A DNA stretch of 64,000 nt from Lingula anatina (taxonomy: Eukaryota; Animalia; Brachiopoda). Where the stretch lies: positions 3,472,001-3,536,000 of the forward strand of contig JBPQGU010000016.1 in the NCBI GenBank assembly GCA_051362555.1, written 5' to 3'. The notes under the pieces are model-generated. The model was not told the origin of the DNA and did no database searches. It worked only from the letters and a program-made list of their open reading frames with translations. Positions 1 to 11,499 of the stretch are shown here, piece by piece (the first letter of the stretch is position 1; every line of letters begins with the position of its first letter). The position numbers and the translations under genes are program-made.

Positions 1-61
1 GCGCGTTTCCACATTTTTTATGAATGACAGGTGTGGTAGATTAATTTTCGTCACTTTTTGG

Positions 62-86
62 AAAAATCGGAGACGGGTCGATTTTT
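62..86. repeat. Inverted repeat AAAAATCG-N9-CGATTTTT within each monomer (first copy given)
   Basis: 8-bp perfect arms at 62-69 and 79-86 around a GAGACGGGT loop. Confidence 0.8.
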
Positions 87-107
87 GGTGATTTTGAGTG
101 ATTTTGA

Positions 108-123
108 ACAGTGCCGGCACTGT
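108..123. repeat. Perfect 16-bp palindrome ACAGTGCCGGCACTGT, present in nearly every monomer (first copy given)
   Basis: The sequence equals its own reverse complement and recurs every ~362 bp. Confidence 0.95.
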
Positions 124-3100
124 GAGATTTCTTCAATTTTGGCCAGGTAGGGATGAAAATTTTTTTTCTTCATTATAGTGTCAGGTAGGTGTGTTCGGTC
201 ATTTGTAGTAAGAATAAAGTGCTGGAAGAGTGGTGGTGTCAACATTAAGGAAGAAATAGAGCAAAAACTCTGTCTCTCCCCCCCCTCTCAGATTCTGTTC
301 TCAGAGCTTATTTTTGGATCATCTTTAAAGCTAGAATTGGGGGCCTTGATGAAGTGACCGGGGCGCGTTTCCACATTTTTTATGAATGACAGGTGTGGTA
401 GATTGATTTTCGTCACTTTTTGGAAAAATCGGAGACGGGTCGATTTTTGGTGATTTTGAGTGATTTTGAACAGTGCCGGCACTGTGAGATTTCTTCAATT
501 TTGGCCAGGTAGGGATGAAAATTTTTTTTCTTCATTATAGTGTCAGGTAGGTGTGTTCGGTCATTTGTAGTAAGAATAAAGTGCTGGAAGAGTGGTGGTG
601 TCAACATTAAGGAAGAAATAGAGCAAAAACTCTGTCTCTCCCCCCCCTCTCAGATTCTGTTCTCAGAGCTTATTTTTGGATCATCTTTAAAGCTAGAATT
701 GGGGGCCTTGATGAAGTGACCCGGGCGCGTTTCCACATTTTTTATGAATGACAGGTGTGGTAGATTGATTTTCGTCACTTTTTGGAAAAATCGGAGACGG
801 GTCGATTTTTGGTGATTTTGAGTGATTTTGAACAGTGCCGGCACTGTGAGATTTCTTCAATTTTGGCCAGGTAGGGATGAAAATTTTTTTTCTTCATTAT
901 AGTGTCAGGTAGGTGTGTTCGGTCATTTGTAGTAAGAATAAAGTGCTGGAAGAGTGGTGGTGTCAACATTAAGGAAGAAATAGAGCAAAAACTCTGTCTC
1001 TCCCCCCCCTCTCAGATTCTGTTCTCAGAGCTTATTTTTGGATCATCTTTAAAGCTAGAATTGGGGGCCTTGATGAAGTGACCCGGGCGCGTTTCCACAT
1101 TTTTTATGAATGACAGGTGTGGTAGATTGATTTTCGTCACTTTTTGGAAAAATCGGAGACGGGTCGATTTTTGGTGATTTTGAGTGATTTTGAACAGTGC
1201 CGGCACTGTGAGATTTCTTCAATTTTGGCCAGGTAGGGATGAAAATTTTTTTTCTTCATTATAGTGTCAGGTAGGTGTGTTCGGTCATTTGTAGTAAGAA
1301 TAAAGTGCTGGAAGAGTGGTGGTGTCAACATTAAGGAAGAAATAGAGCAAAAACTCTGTCTCTCCCCCCCCTCTCAGATTCTGTTCTCAGAGCTTATTTT
1401 TGGATCATCTTTAAAGCTAGAATTGGGGGCCTTGATGAAGTGACCCGGGCGCGTTTCCACATTTTTTATGAATGACAGGTGTGGTAGATTGATTTTCGTC
1501 ACTTTTTGGAAAAATCGGAGACGGGTCGATTTTTGGTGATTTTGAGTGATTTTGAACAGTGCCGGCACTGTGAGATTTCTTCAATTTTGGCCAGGTAGGG
1601 ATGAAAATTTTTTTTCTTCATTATAGTGTCAGGTAGGTGTGTTCGGTCATTTGTAGTAAGAATAAAGTGCTGGAAGAGTGGTGGTGTCAACATTAAGGAA
1701 GAAATAGAGCAAAAACTCTTTCTCTCCCCCCCTCTCAGATTCTGTTCTCAGAGCTTATTTTTGGATCATCTTTAAAGCTAGAATTGGGGGCCTTGATGAA
1801 GTGACCCGGGCGCGTTTCCACATTTTTTATGAATGACAGGTGTGGTAGATTGATTTTCGTCACTTTTTGGAAAAATCGGAGACGGGTCGATTTTTGGTGA
1901 TTTTGAGTGATTTTGAACAGTGCCGGCACTGTGAGATTTCTTCAATTTTGGCCAGGTAGGGATGAAAATTTTTTTTCTTCATTATAGTGTCAGGTAGGTG
2001 TGTTCGGTCATTTGTAGTAAGAATAAAGTGCTGGAAGAGTGGTGGTGTCAACATTAAGGAAGAAATAGAGCAAAAACTCTGTCTCTCCCCCCCCTCTCAG
2101 ATTCTGTTCTCAGAGCTTATTTTTGGATCATCTTTAAAGCTAGAATTGGGGGCCTTGATGAAGTGACCCGGGCGCGTTTCCACATTTTTTATGAATGACA
2201 GGTGTGGTAGATTGATTTTCGTCACTTTTTGGAAAAATCGGAGACGGGTCGATTTTTGGTGATTTTGAGTGATTTTGAACAGTGCCGGCACTGTGAGATT
2301 TCTTCAATTTTGGCCAGGTAGGGATGAAAATTTTTTTTCTTCATTATAGTGTCAGGTAGGTGTGTTCGGTCATTTGTAGTAAGAATAAAGTGCTGGAAGA
2401 GTGGTGGTGTCAACATTAAGGAAGAAATAGAGCAAAAACTCTGTCTCTCCCCCCCCTCTCAGATTCTGTTCTCAGAGCTTATTTTTGGATCATCTTTAAA
2501 GCTAGAATTGGGGGCCTTGATGAAGTGACCGGGGCGCGTTTCCACATTTTTTATGAATGACAGGTGTGGTAGATTGATTTTCGTCACTTTTTGGAAAAAT
2601 CGGAGACGGGTCGATTTTTGGTGATTTTGAGTGATTTTGAACAGTGCCGGCACTGTGAGATTTCTTCAATTTTGGCCAGGTAGGGATGAAAATTTTTTTT
2701 CTTCATTATAGTGTCAGGTAGGTGTGTTCGGTCATTTGTAGTAAGAATAAAGTGCTGGAAGAGTGGTGGTGTCAACATTAAGGAAGAAATAGAGCAAAAA
2801 CTCTGTCTCTCCCCCCCCTCTCAGATTCTGTTCTCAGAGCTTATTTTTGGATCATCTTTAAAGCTAGAATTGGGGGCCTTGATGAAGTGACCCGGGCGCG
2901 TTTCCACATTTTTTATGAATGACAGGTGTGGTAGATTGATTTTCGTCACTTTTTGGAAAAATCGGAGACGGGTCGATTTTTGGTGATTTTGAGTGATTTT
3001 GAACAGTGCCGGCACTGTGAGATTTCTTCAATTTTGGCCAGGTAGGGATGAAAATTTTTTTTCTTCATTATAGTGTCAGGTAGGTGTGTTCGGTCATTTG

Positions 3101-6100
3101 TAGTAAGAATAAAGTGCTGGAAGAGTGGTGGTGTCAACATTAAGGAAGAAATAGAGCAAAAACTCTGTCTCTCCCCCCCCCTCTCAGATTCTGTTCTCAG
3201 AGCTTATTTTTGGATCATCTTTAAAGCTAGAATTGGGGGCCTTGATGAAGTGACCCGGGCGCGTTTCCACATTTTTTATGAATGACAGGTGTGGTAGATT
3301 GATTTTCGTCACTTTTTGGAAAAATCGGAGACGGGTCGATTTTTTGTGATTTTGAGTGATTTTGAACAGTGCCGGCACTGTGAGATTTCTTCAATTTTGG
3401 CCAGGTAGGGATGAAAATTTTTTTTCTTCATTATAGTGTCAGGTAGGTGTGTTCGGTCATTTGTAGTAAGAATAAAGTGCTGGAAGAGTGGTGGTGTCAA
3501 CATTAAGGAAGAAATAGAGCAAAAACTCTGTCTCTCCCCCCCCTCTCAGATTCTGTTCTCAGAGCTTATTTTTGGATCATCTTTAAAGCTAGAATTGGGG
3601 GCCTTGATGAAGTGACCCGGGCGCGTTTCCACATTTTTTATGAATGACAGGTGTGGTAGATTGATTTTCGTCACTTTTTGGAAAAATCGGAGACGGGTCG
3701 ATTTTTGGTGATTTTGAGTGATTTTGAACAGTGCCGGCACTGTGAGATTTCTTCAATTTTGGCCAGGTAGGGATGAAAATTTTTTTTCTTCATTATAGTG
3801 TCAGGTAGGTGTGTTCGGTCATTTGTAGTAAGAATAAAGTGCTGGAAGAGTGGTGGTGTCAACATTAAGGAAGAAATAGAGCAAAAACTCTGTCTCTCCC
3901 CCCCCTCTCAGATTCTGTTCTCAGAGCTTATTTTTGGATCATCTTTAAAGCTAGAATTGGGGGCCTTGATGAAGTGACCCGGGCGCGTTTCCACATTTTT
4001 TATGAATGACAGGTGTGGTAGATTAATTTTCGTCACTTTTTGGAAAAATCGGAGACGGGTCGATTTTTGGTGATTTTGAGTGATTTTGAACAGTGCCGGC
4101 ACTGTGAGATTTCTTCAATTTTGGCCAGGTAGGGATGAAAATTTTTTTTCTTCATTATAGTGTCAGGTAGGTGTGTTCGGTCATTTGTAGTAAGAATAAA
4201 GTGCTGGAAGAGTGGTGGTGTCAACATTAAGGAAGAAATAGAGCAAAAACTCTGTCTCTCCCCCCCCTCTCAGATTCTGTTCTCAGAGCTTATTTTTGGA
4301 TCATCTTTAAAGCTAGAATTGGGGGCCTTGATGAAGTGACCGGGGCGCGTTTCCACATTTTTTATGAATGACAGGTGTGGTAGATTGATTTTCGTCACTT
4401 TTTGGAAAAATCGGAGACGGGTCGATTTTTGGTGATTTTGAGTGATTTTGAACAGTGCCGGCACTGTGAGATTTCTTCAATTTTGGCCAGGTAGGGATGA
4501 AAATTTTTTTTCTTCATTATAGTGTCAGGTAGGTGTGTTCGGTCATTTGTAGTAAGAATAAAGTGCTGGAAGAGTGGTGGTGTCAACATTAAGGAAGAAA
4601 TAGAGCAAAAACTCTGTCTCTCCCCCCCCTCTCAGATTCTGTTCTCAGAGCTTATTTTTGGATCATCTTTAAAGCTAGAATTGGGGGCCTTGATGAAGTG
4701 ACCCGGGCGCGTTTCCACATTTTTTATGAATGACAGGTGTGGTAGATTGATTTTCGTCACTTTTTGGAAAAATCGGAGACGGGTCGATTTTTGGTGATTT
4801 TGAGTGATTTTGAACAGTGCCGGCACTGTGAGATTTCTTCAATTTTGGCCAGGTAGGGATGAAAATTTTTTTTCTTCATTATAGTGTCAGGTAGGTGTGT
4901 TCGGTCATTTGTAGTAAGAATAAAGTGCTGGAAGAGTGGTGGTGTCAACATTAAGGAAGAAATAGAGCAAAAACTCTGTCTCTCCCCCCCCTCTCAGATT
5001 CTGTTCTCAGAGCTTATTTTTGGATCATCTTTAAAGCTAGAATTGGGGGCCTTGATGAAGTGACCCGGGCGCGTTTCCACATTTTTTATGAATGACAGGT
5101 GTGGTAGATTGATTTTCGTCACTTTTTGGAAAAATCGGAGACGGGTCGATTTTTGGTGATTTTGAGTGATTTTGAACAGTGCCGGCACTGTGAGATTTCT
5201 TCAATTTTGGCCAGGTAGGGATGAAAATTTTTTTTCTTCATTATAGTGTCAGGTAGGTGTGTTCGGTCATTTGTAGTAAGAATAAAGTGCTGGAAGAGTG
5301 GTGGTGTCAACATTAAGGAAGAAATAGAGCAAAAACTCTGTCTCTCCCCCCCCTCTCAGATTCTGTTCTCAGAGCTTATTTTTGGATCATCTTTAAAGCT
5401 AGAATTGGGGGCCTTGATGAAGTGACCCGGGCGCGTTTCCACATTTTTTATGAATGACAGGTGTGGTAGATTGATTTTCGTCACTTTTTGGAAAAATCGG
5501 AGACGGGTCGATTTTTGGTGATTTTGAGTGATTTTGAACAGTGCCGGCACTGTGAGATTTCTTCAATTTTGGCCAGGTAGGGATGAAAATTTTTTTTCTT
5601 CATTATAGTGTCAGGTAGGTGTGTTCGGTCATTTGTAGTAAGAATAAAGTGCTGGAAGAGTGGTGGTGTCAACATTAAGGAAGAAATAGAGCAAAAACTC
5701 TTTCTCTCCCCCCCTCTCAGATTCTGTTCTCAGAGCTTATTTTTGGATCATCTTTAAAGCTAGAATTGGGGGCCTTGATGAAGTGACCCGGGCGCGTTTC
5801 CACATTTTTTATGAATGACAGGTGTGGTAGATTGATTTTCGTCACTTTTTGGAAAAATCGGAGACGGGTCGATTTTTGGTGATTTTGAGTGATTTTGAAC
5901 AGTGCCGGCACTGTGAGATTTCTTCAATTTTGGCCAGGTAGGGATGAAAATTTTTTTTCTTCATTATAGTGTCAGGTAGGTGTGTTCGGTCATTTGTAGT
6001 AAGAATAAAGTGCTGGAAGAGTGGTGGTGTCAACATTAAGGAAGAAATAGAGCAAAAACTCTGTCTCTCCCCCCCCTCTCAGATTCTGTTCTCAGAGCTT

Positions 6101-9100
6101 ATTTTTGGATCATCTTTAAAGCTAGAATTGGGGGCCTTGATGAAGTGACCCGGGCGCGTTTCCACATTTTTTATGAATGACAGGTGTGGTAGATTGATTT
6201 TCGTCACTTTTTGGAAAAATCGGAGACGGGTCGATTTTTGGTGATTTTGAGTGATTTTGAACAGTGCCGGCACTGTGAGATTTCTTCAATTTTGGCCAGG
6301 TAGGGATGAAAATTTTTTTTCTTCATTATAGTGTCAGGTAGGTGTGTTCGGTCATTTGTAGTAAGAATAAAGTGCTGGAAGAGTGGTGGTGTCAACATTA
6401 AGGAAGAAATAGAGCAAAAACTCTGTCTCTCCCCCCCCTCTCAGATTCTGTTCTCAGAGCTTATTTTTGGATCATCTTTAAAGCTAGAATTGGGGGCCTT
6501 GATGAAGTGACCGGGGCGCGTTTCCACATTTTTTATGAATGACAGGTGTGGTAGATTGATTTTCGTCACTTTTTGGAAAAATCGGAGACGGGTCGATTTT
6601 TGGTGATTTTGAGTGATTTTGAACAGTGCCGGCACTGTGAGATTTCTTCAATTTTGGCCAGGTAGGGATGAAAATTTTTTTTCTTCATTATAGTGTCAGG
6701 TAGGTGTGTTCGGTCATTTGTAGTAAGAATAAAGTGCTGGAAGAGTGGTGGTGTCAACATTAAGGAAGAAATAGAGCAAAAACTCTGTCTCTCCCCCCCC
6801 TCTCAGATTCTGTTCTCAGAGCTTATTTTTGGATCATCTTTAAAGCTAGAATTGGGGGCCTTGATGAAGTGACCCGGGCGCGTTTCCACATTTTTTATGA
6901 ATGACAGGTGTGGTAGATTGATTTTCGTCACTTTTTGGAAAAATCGGAGACGGGTCGATTTTTGGTGATTTTGAGTGATTTTGAACAGTGCCGGCACTGT
7001 GAGATTTCTTCAATTTTGGCCAGGTAGGGATGAAAATTTTTTTTCTTCATTATAGTGTCAGGTAGGTGTGTTCGGTCATTTGTAGTAAGAATAAAGTGCT
7101 GGAAGAGTGGTGGTGTCAACATTAAGGAAGAAATAGAGCAAAAACTCTGTCTCTCCCCCCCCCTCTCAGATTCTGTTCTCAGAGCTTATTTTTGGATCAT
7201 CTTTAAAGCTAGAATTGGGGGCCTTGATGAAGTGACCCGGGCGCGTTTCCACATTTTTTATGAATGACAGGTGTGGTAGATTGATTTTCGTCACTTTTTG
7301 GAAAAATCGGAGACGGGTCGATTTTTTGTGATTTTGAGTGATTTTGAACAGTGCCGGCACTGTGAGATTTCTTCAATTTTGGCCAGGTAGGGATGAAAAT
7401 TTTTTTTCTTCATTATAGTGTCAGGTAGGTGTGTTCGGTCATTTGTAGTAAGAATAAAGTGCTGGAAGAGTGGTGGTGTCAACATTAAGGAAGAAATAGA
7501 GCAAAAACTCTGTCTCTCCCCCCCCTCTCAGATTCTGTTCTCAGAGCTTATTTTTGGATCATCTTTAAAGCTAGAATTGGGGGCCTTGATGAAGTGACCC
7601 GGGCGCGTTTCCACATTTTTTATGAATGACAGGTGTGGTAGATTGATTTTCGTCACTTTTTGGAAAAATCGGAGACGGGTCGATTTTTGGTGATTTTGAG
7701 TGATTTTGAACAGTGCCGGCACTGTGAGATTTCTTCAATTTTGGCCAGGTAGGGATGAAAATTTTTTTTCTTCATTATAGTGTCAGGTAGGTGTGTTCGG
7801 TCATTTGTAGTAAGAATAAAGTGCTGGAAGAGTGGTGGTGTCAACATTAAGGAAGAAATAGAGCAAAAACTCTGTCTCTCCCCCCCCTCTCAGATTCTGT
7901 TCTCAGAGCTTATTTTTGGATCATCTTTAAAGCTAGAATTGGGGGCCTTGATGAAGTGACCCGGGCGCGTTTTTTCCACATTTTTTATGAATGACAGGTG
8001 TGGTAGATTGATTTTCGTCACTTTTTGGAAAAATCGGAGACGGGTAGATTTTTGGTGATTTTGAGTGATTTTGAACAGTGCCGGCACTGTGAGATTTCTT
8101 CAATTTTGGCCAGGTAGGGATGAAAATTTTTTTTCTTCATTATAGTGTCAGGTAGGTGTGTTCGGTCATTTGTAGTAAGAATAAAGTGCTGGAAGAGTGG
8201 TGGTGTCAACATTAAGGAAGAAATAGAGCAAAAACTCTCTCTCCCCCCCCCCTCTCAGATTCTGTTCTCAGAGCTTATTTTTGGATCATCTTTAAAGCTA
8301 GAATTGGGGGCCTTGATGAAGTGACCCGGGCGCGTTTCCACATTTTTTATGAATGACAGGTGTGGTAGATTGATTTTCGTCACTTTTTGGAAAAATCGGA
8401 GACGGGTCGATTTTTGGTGATTTTGAGTGATTTTGAACAGTGTCGGCACTGTGAGATTTCTTCAATTTTGGCCAGGTAGGGATGAAAATTTTTTTTCTTC
8501 ATTATAGTGTCAGGTAGGTGTGTTCGGTCATTTGTAGTAAGAATAAAGTGCTGGAAGAGTGGTGGTGTCAACATTAAGGAAGAAATAGAGCAAAAACTCT
8601 CTCTCCCCCCCTCTCAGATTCTGTTCTCAGAGCTTATTTTTGGATCATCTTTAAAGCTAGAATTGGGGGCCTTGATGAAGTGACCCGGGCGCGTTTCCAC
8701 ATTTTTTATGAATGACAGGTGTGGTAGATTGATTTTCGTCATTTTTTGGAAAAATCGGAGACGGGTCGATTTTTGGTGATTTTGAGTGATTTTGAACAGT
8801 GCCGGCACTGTGAGATTTCTTAAATTTTGGCCAGGTAGGGATGAAAATTTTTTTTCTTCATTATAGTGTCAGGTAGGTGTGTTCGGTCATTTGTAGTAAG
8901 AATAAAGTGCTGGAAGAGTGGTGGTGTCAACATTAAGGAAGAAATAGAGCAAAAACTCTCTCTCCCCCCCCCCTCTCAGATTCTGTTCTCAGAGCTTATT
9001 TTTGGATCATCTTTAAAGCTAGAATTGGGGGCCTTGATGAAGTGACCCGGGCGCGTTTCCACATTTTTTATGAATGACAGGTGTGGTAGATTGATTTTCG

Positions 9101-11499
9101 TCACTTTTTGGAAAAATCGGAGACGGGTCGATTTTTGGTGATTTTGAGTGATTTTGAACAGTGCCGGCACTGTGAGATTTCTTCAATTTTGGCCAGGTAG
9201 GGATGAAATTTTTTTTTCTTCATTATAGTGTCAGGTAGGTGTGTTCGGTCATTTGTAGTAAGAATAAAGTGCTGGAAGAGTGGTGGTGTCAACATTAAGG
9301 AAGAAATAGAGCAAAAACTCTCTCTCCCCCCCCCTCTCAGATTCTGTTCTCAGAGCTTATTTTTGGATCATCTTTAAAGCTAGAATTGGGGGCCTTGATG
9401 AAGTGACCCGGGCGCGTTTCCACATTTTTTATGAATGACAGGTGTGGTAGATTGATTTTCGTCACTTTTTGGAAAAATCGGAGACGGGTCGATTTTTGGT
9501 GATTTTGAGTGATTTTGAACAGTGCCGGCACTGTGAGATTTCTTCAATTTTGGCCAGGTAGGGATGAAAATTTTTTTTCTTCATTATAATGTCAGGTAGG
9601 TGTGTTCGGTCAATTATAGTAAGAATAAAGTGCTGGAAGAGTGGTGGTGTCAACATTAAGGAAGAAATAGAGCAAAAACTCTCTCTCCCCCCCCCTCTCA
9701 GATTCTGTTCTCAGAGCTTATTTTTGGATCATCTTTAAAGCTAGAATTGGGGGCCTTGATGAAGTGACCCGGGCCTGTTTCCACATTTTTTATGAATGAC
9801 AGGTGTGGTAGATTGATTTTTGTCACTTTTTGGAAAAATCGGAGACGGGTCGATTTTTGGTGATTTTGAGTGATTTTGAACAGTGCCGGCACTGTGAGAT
9901 TTCTTCAATTTTGGCCAGGTAGGGATGAAAATTTTTTTTCTTCATTATAGTGTCAGGTAGGTGTGTTCGGTCATTTGTTGTAAGAATAAAGTGCTGGAAG
10001 AGGGGTGGTGTCAACATTAAGGAAGAAATAGAGCAAAAACTCTCTCTCCCCCCCCTCTCAGATTCTGTTCTCAGAGCTTATTTTTGGATCATCTTTAAAG
10101 CTAGAATTGGGGGCCTTGATGAAGTGACCCGGGCGCGTTTCCACATTTTTTATGAATGACAGGTGTGGTAGATTGATTTTCGTCACTTTTTGGAAAAATC
10201 GGAGACGGGTCGATTTTTGGTGATTTTGAGTGATTTTGAACAGTGCCGGCACTGTGAGATTTCTTCAATTTTGGCCAGGTAGGGATGAAAATTTTTTTTC
10301 TTCATTATAGTGTCAGGTAGGTGTGTTCGGTCATTTGTAGTAAGAATAAAGTGCTGGAAGAGTGGTGGTGTCAACATTAAGGAAGAAATAGAGCAAAAAC
10401 TCTCTCTCCCCCCCCCCTCTCAGATTCTGTTCTCAGAGCTTATTTTTGGATCATCTTTAAAGCTAGAATTGGGGGCCTTGATGAAGTGACCCGGGCGCGT
10501 TTCCACATTTTTTATGAATGACAGGTGTGGTAGATTGATTTTCGTCACTTTTTGGAAAAATCGGAGACGGGTCGATTTTTGGTGATTTTGAGTGATTTTG
10601 AACAGTGTCGGCACTGTGAGATTTCTTCAATTTTGGCCAGGTAGGGATGAAAATTTTTTTTCTTCATTATAGTGTCAGGTAGGTGTGTTCGGTCATTTGT
10701 AGTAAGAATAAAGTGCTGGAAGAGTGGTGGTGTCAACATTAAGGAAGAAATAGAGCAAAAACTCTCTCTCCCCCCCCTCTCAGATTCTGTTCTCAGAGCT
10801 TATTTTTGGATCATCTTTAAAGCTAGAATTGGGGGCCTTGATGAAGTGACCCGGGCGCGTTTCCACATTTTTTATGAATGACAGGTGTGGTAGATTGATT
10901 TTCGTCACTTTTTGGAAAAATCGGAGACGGGTCGATTTTTGGTGATTTTGAGTGATTTTGAACAGTGCCGGCACTGTGAGATTTCTTCAATTTTGGCCAG
11001 GTAGGGATGAAAATTTTTTTTCTTCATTATAGTGTCAGGTAGGTGTGTTCGGTCATTTGTAGTAAGAATAAAGTGCTGGAAGAGTGGTGGTGTCAACATT
11101 AAGGAAGAAATAGAGCAAAAACTCTCTCTCCCCCCCCCTCTCAGATTCTGTTCTCAGAGCTTATTTTTGGATCATCTTTAAAGCTAGAATTGGGGGCCTT
11201 GATGAAGTGACCCGGGCGCGTTTCCACATTTTTTATGAATGACAGGTGTGGTAGATTGATTTTCGTCACTTTTTGGAAAAATCGGAGACGGGTCGATTTT
11301 TGGTGATTTTGAGTGATTTTGAACAGTGCCGGCACTGTGAGATTTCTTCAATTTTGGCCAGGTAGGGATGAAAATTTTTTTTCTTCATTATAGTGTCAGG
11401 TAGGTGTGTTCGGTCATTTGTAGTAAGAATAAAGTGCTGGAAGAGTGGTGGTGTCAACATTAAGGAAGAAATAGAGCAAAAACTCTCTCTCCCCCCCCC

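Larger units (their letters stand above)
1..7964. repeat. Higher-order repeat: two copies of an 11-monomer, 3982-bp unit (CTCTGTCTCTC subfamily)
   Basis: Diagnostic variants recur at +3982: TTAATTTT 43/4025, GACCGGGG 360/4342 and 2531/6513, CTCTTTCTC 1720/5702, TTTTTTGTG 3345/7327. The ORF at 3073 recurs at 7055. Confidence 0.93.

Noticed and set aside
62-80. CENP-B box-like ATCGGAGACGGG
   Set aside because: The spacing does not fit TTCG-N4-A-N2-CGGG.
1-362. Tandem RNA gene unit (5S, spliced leader, snRNA or tRNA), suggested by Sm-like ATTTTTGG and CAGGTAG motifs
   Set aside because: I recognise no 5S, tRNA or known spliced-leader sequence, and these short motifs are expected in T/G-rich DNA. 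It cannot be fully excluded without an Rfam scan and RNA-seq.
1-362. Monomer as an ancient dimer of ~181-bp subunits
   Set aside because: Only short shared motifs (CAGGT three times, TTTTTGGA twice) occur, at inconsistent spacing, and I see no convincing half-to-half alignment by eye.
343-375. Possible hammerhead ribozyme or retrozyme (TTGATGA near GTTTC)
   Set aside because: The required CUGANGA core is absent on both strands, and the GAAAC lies on the opposite strand from TGATGA. An Rfam/Infernal scan would settle it.
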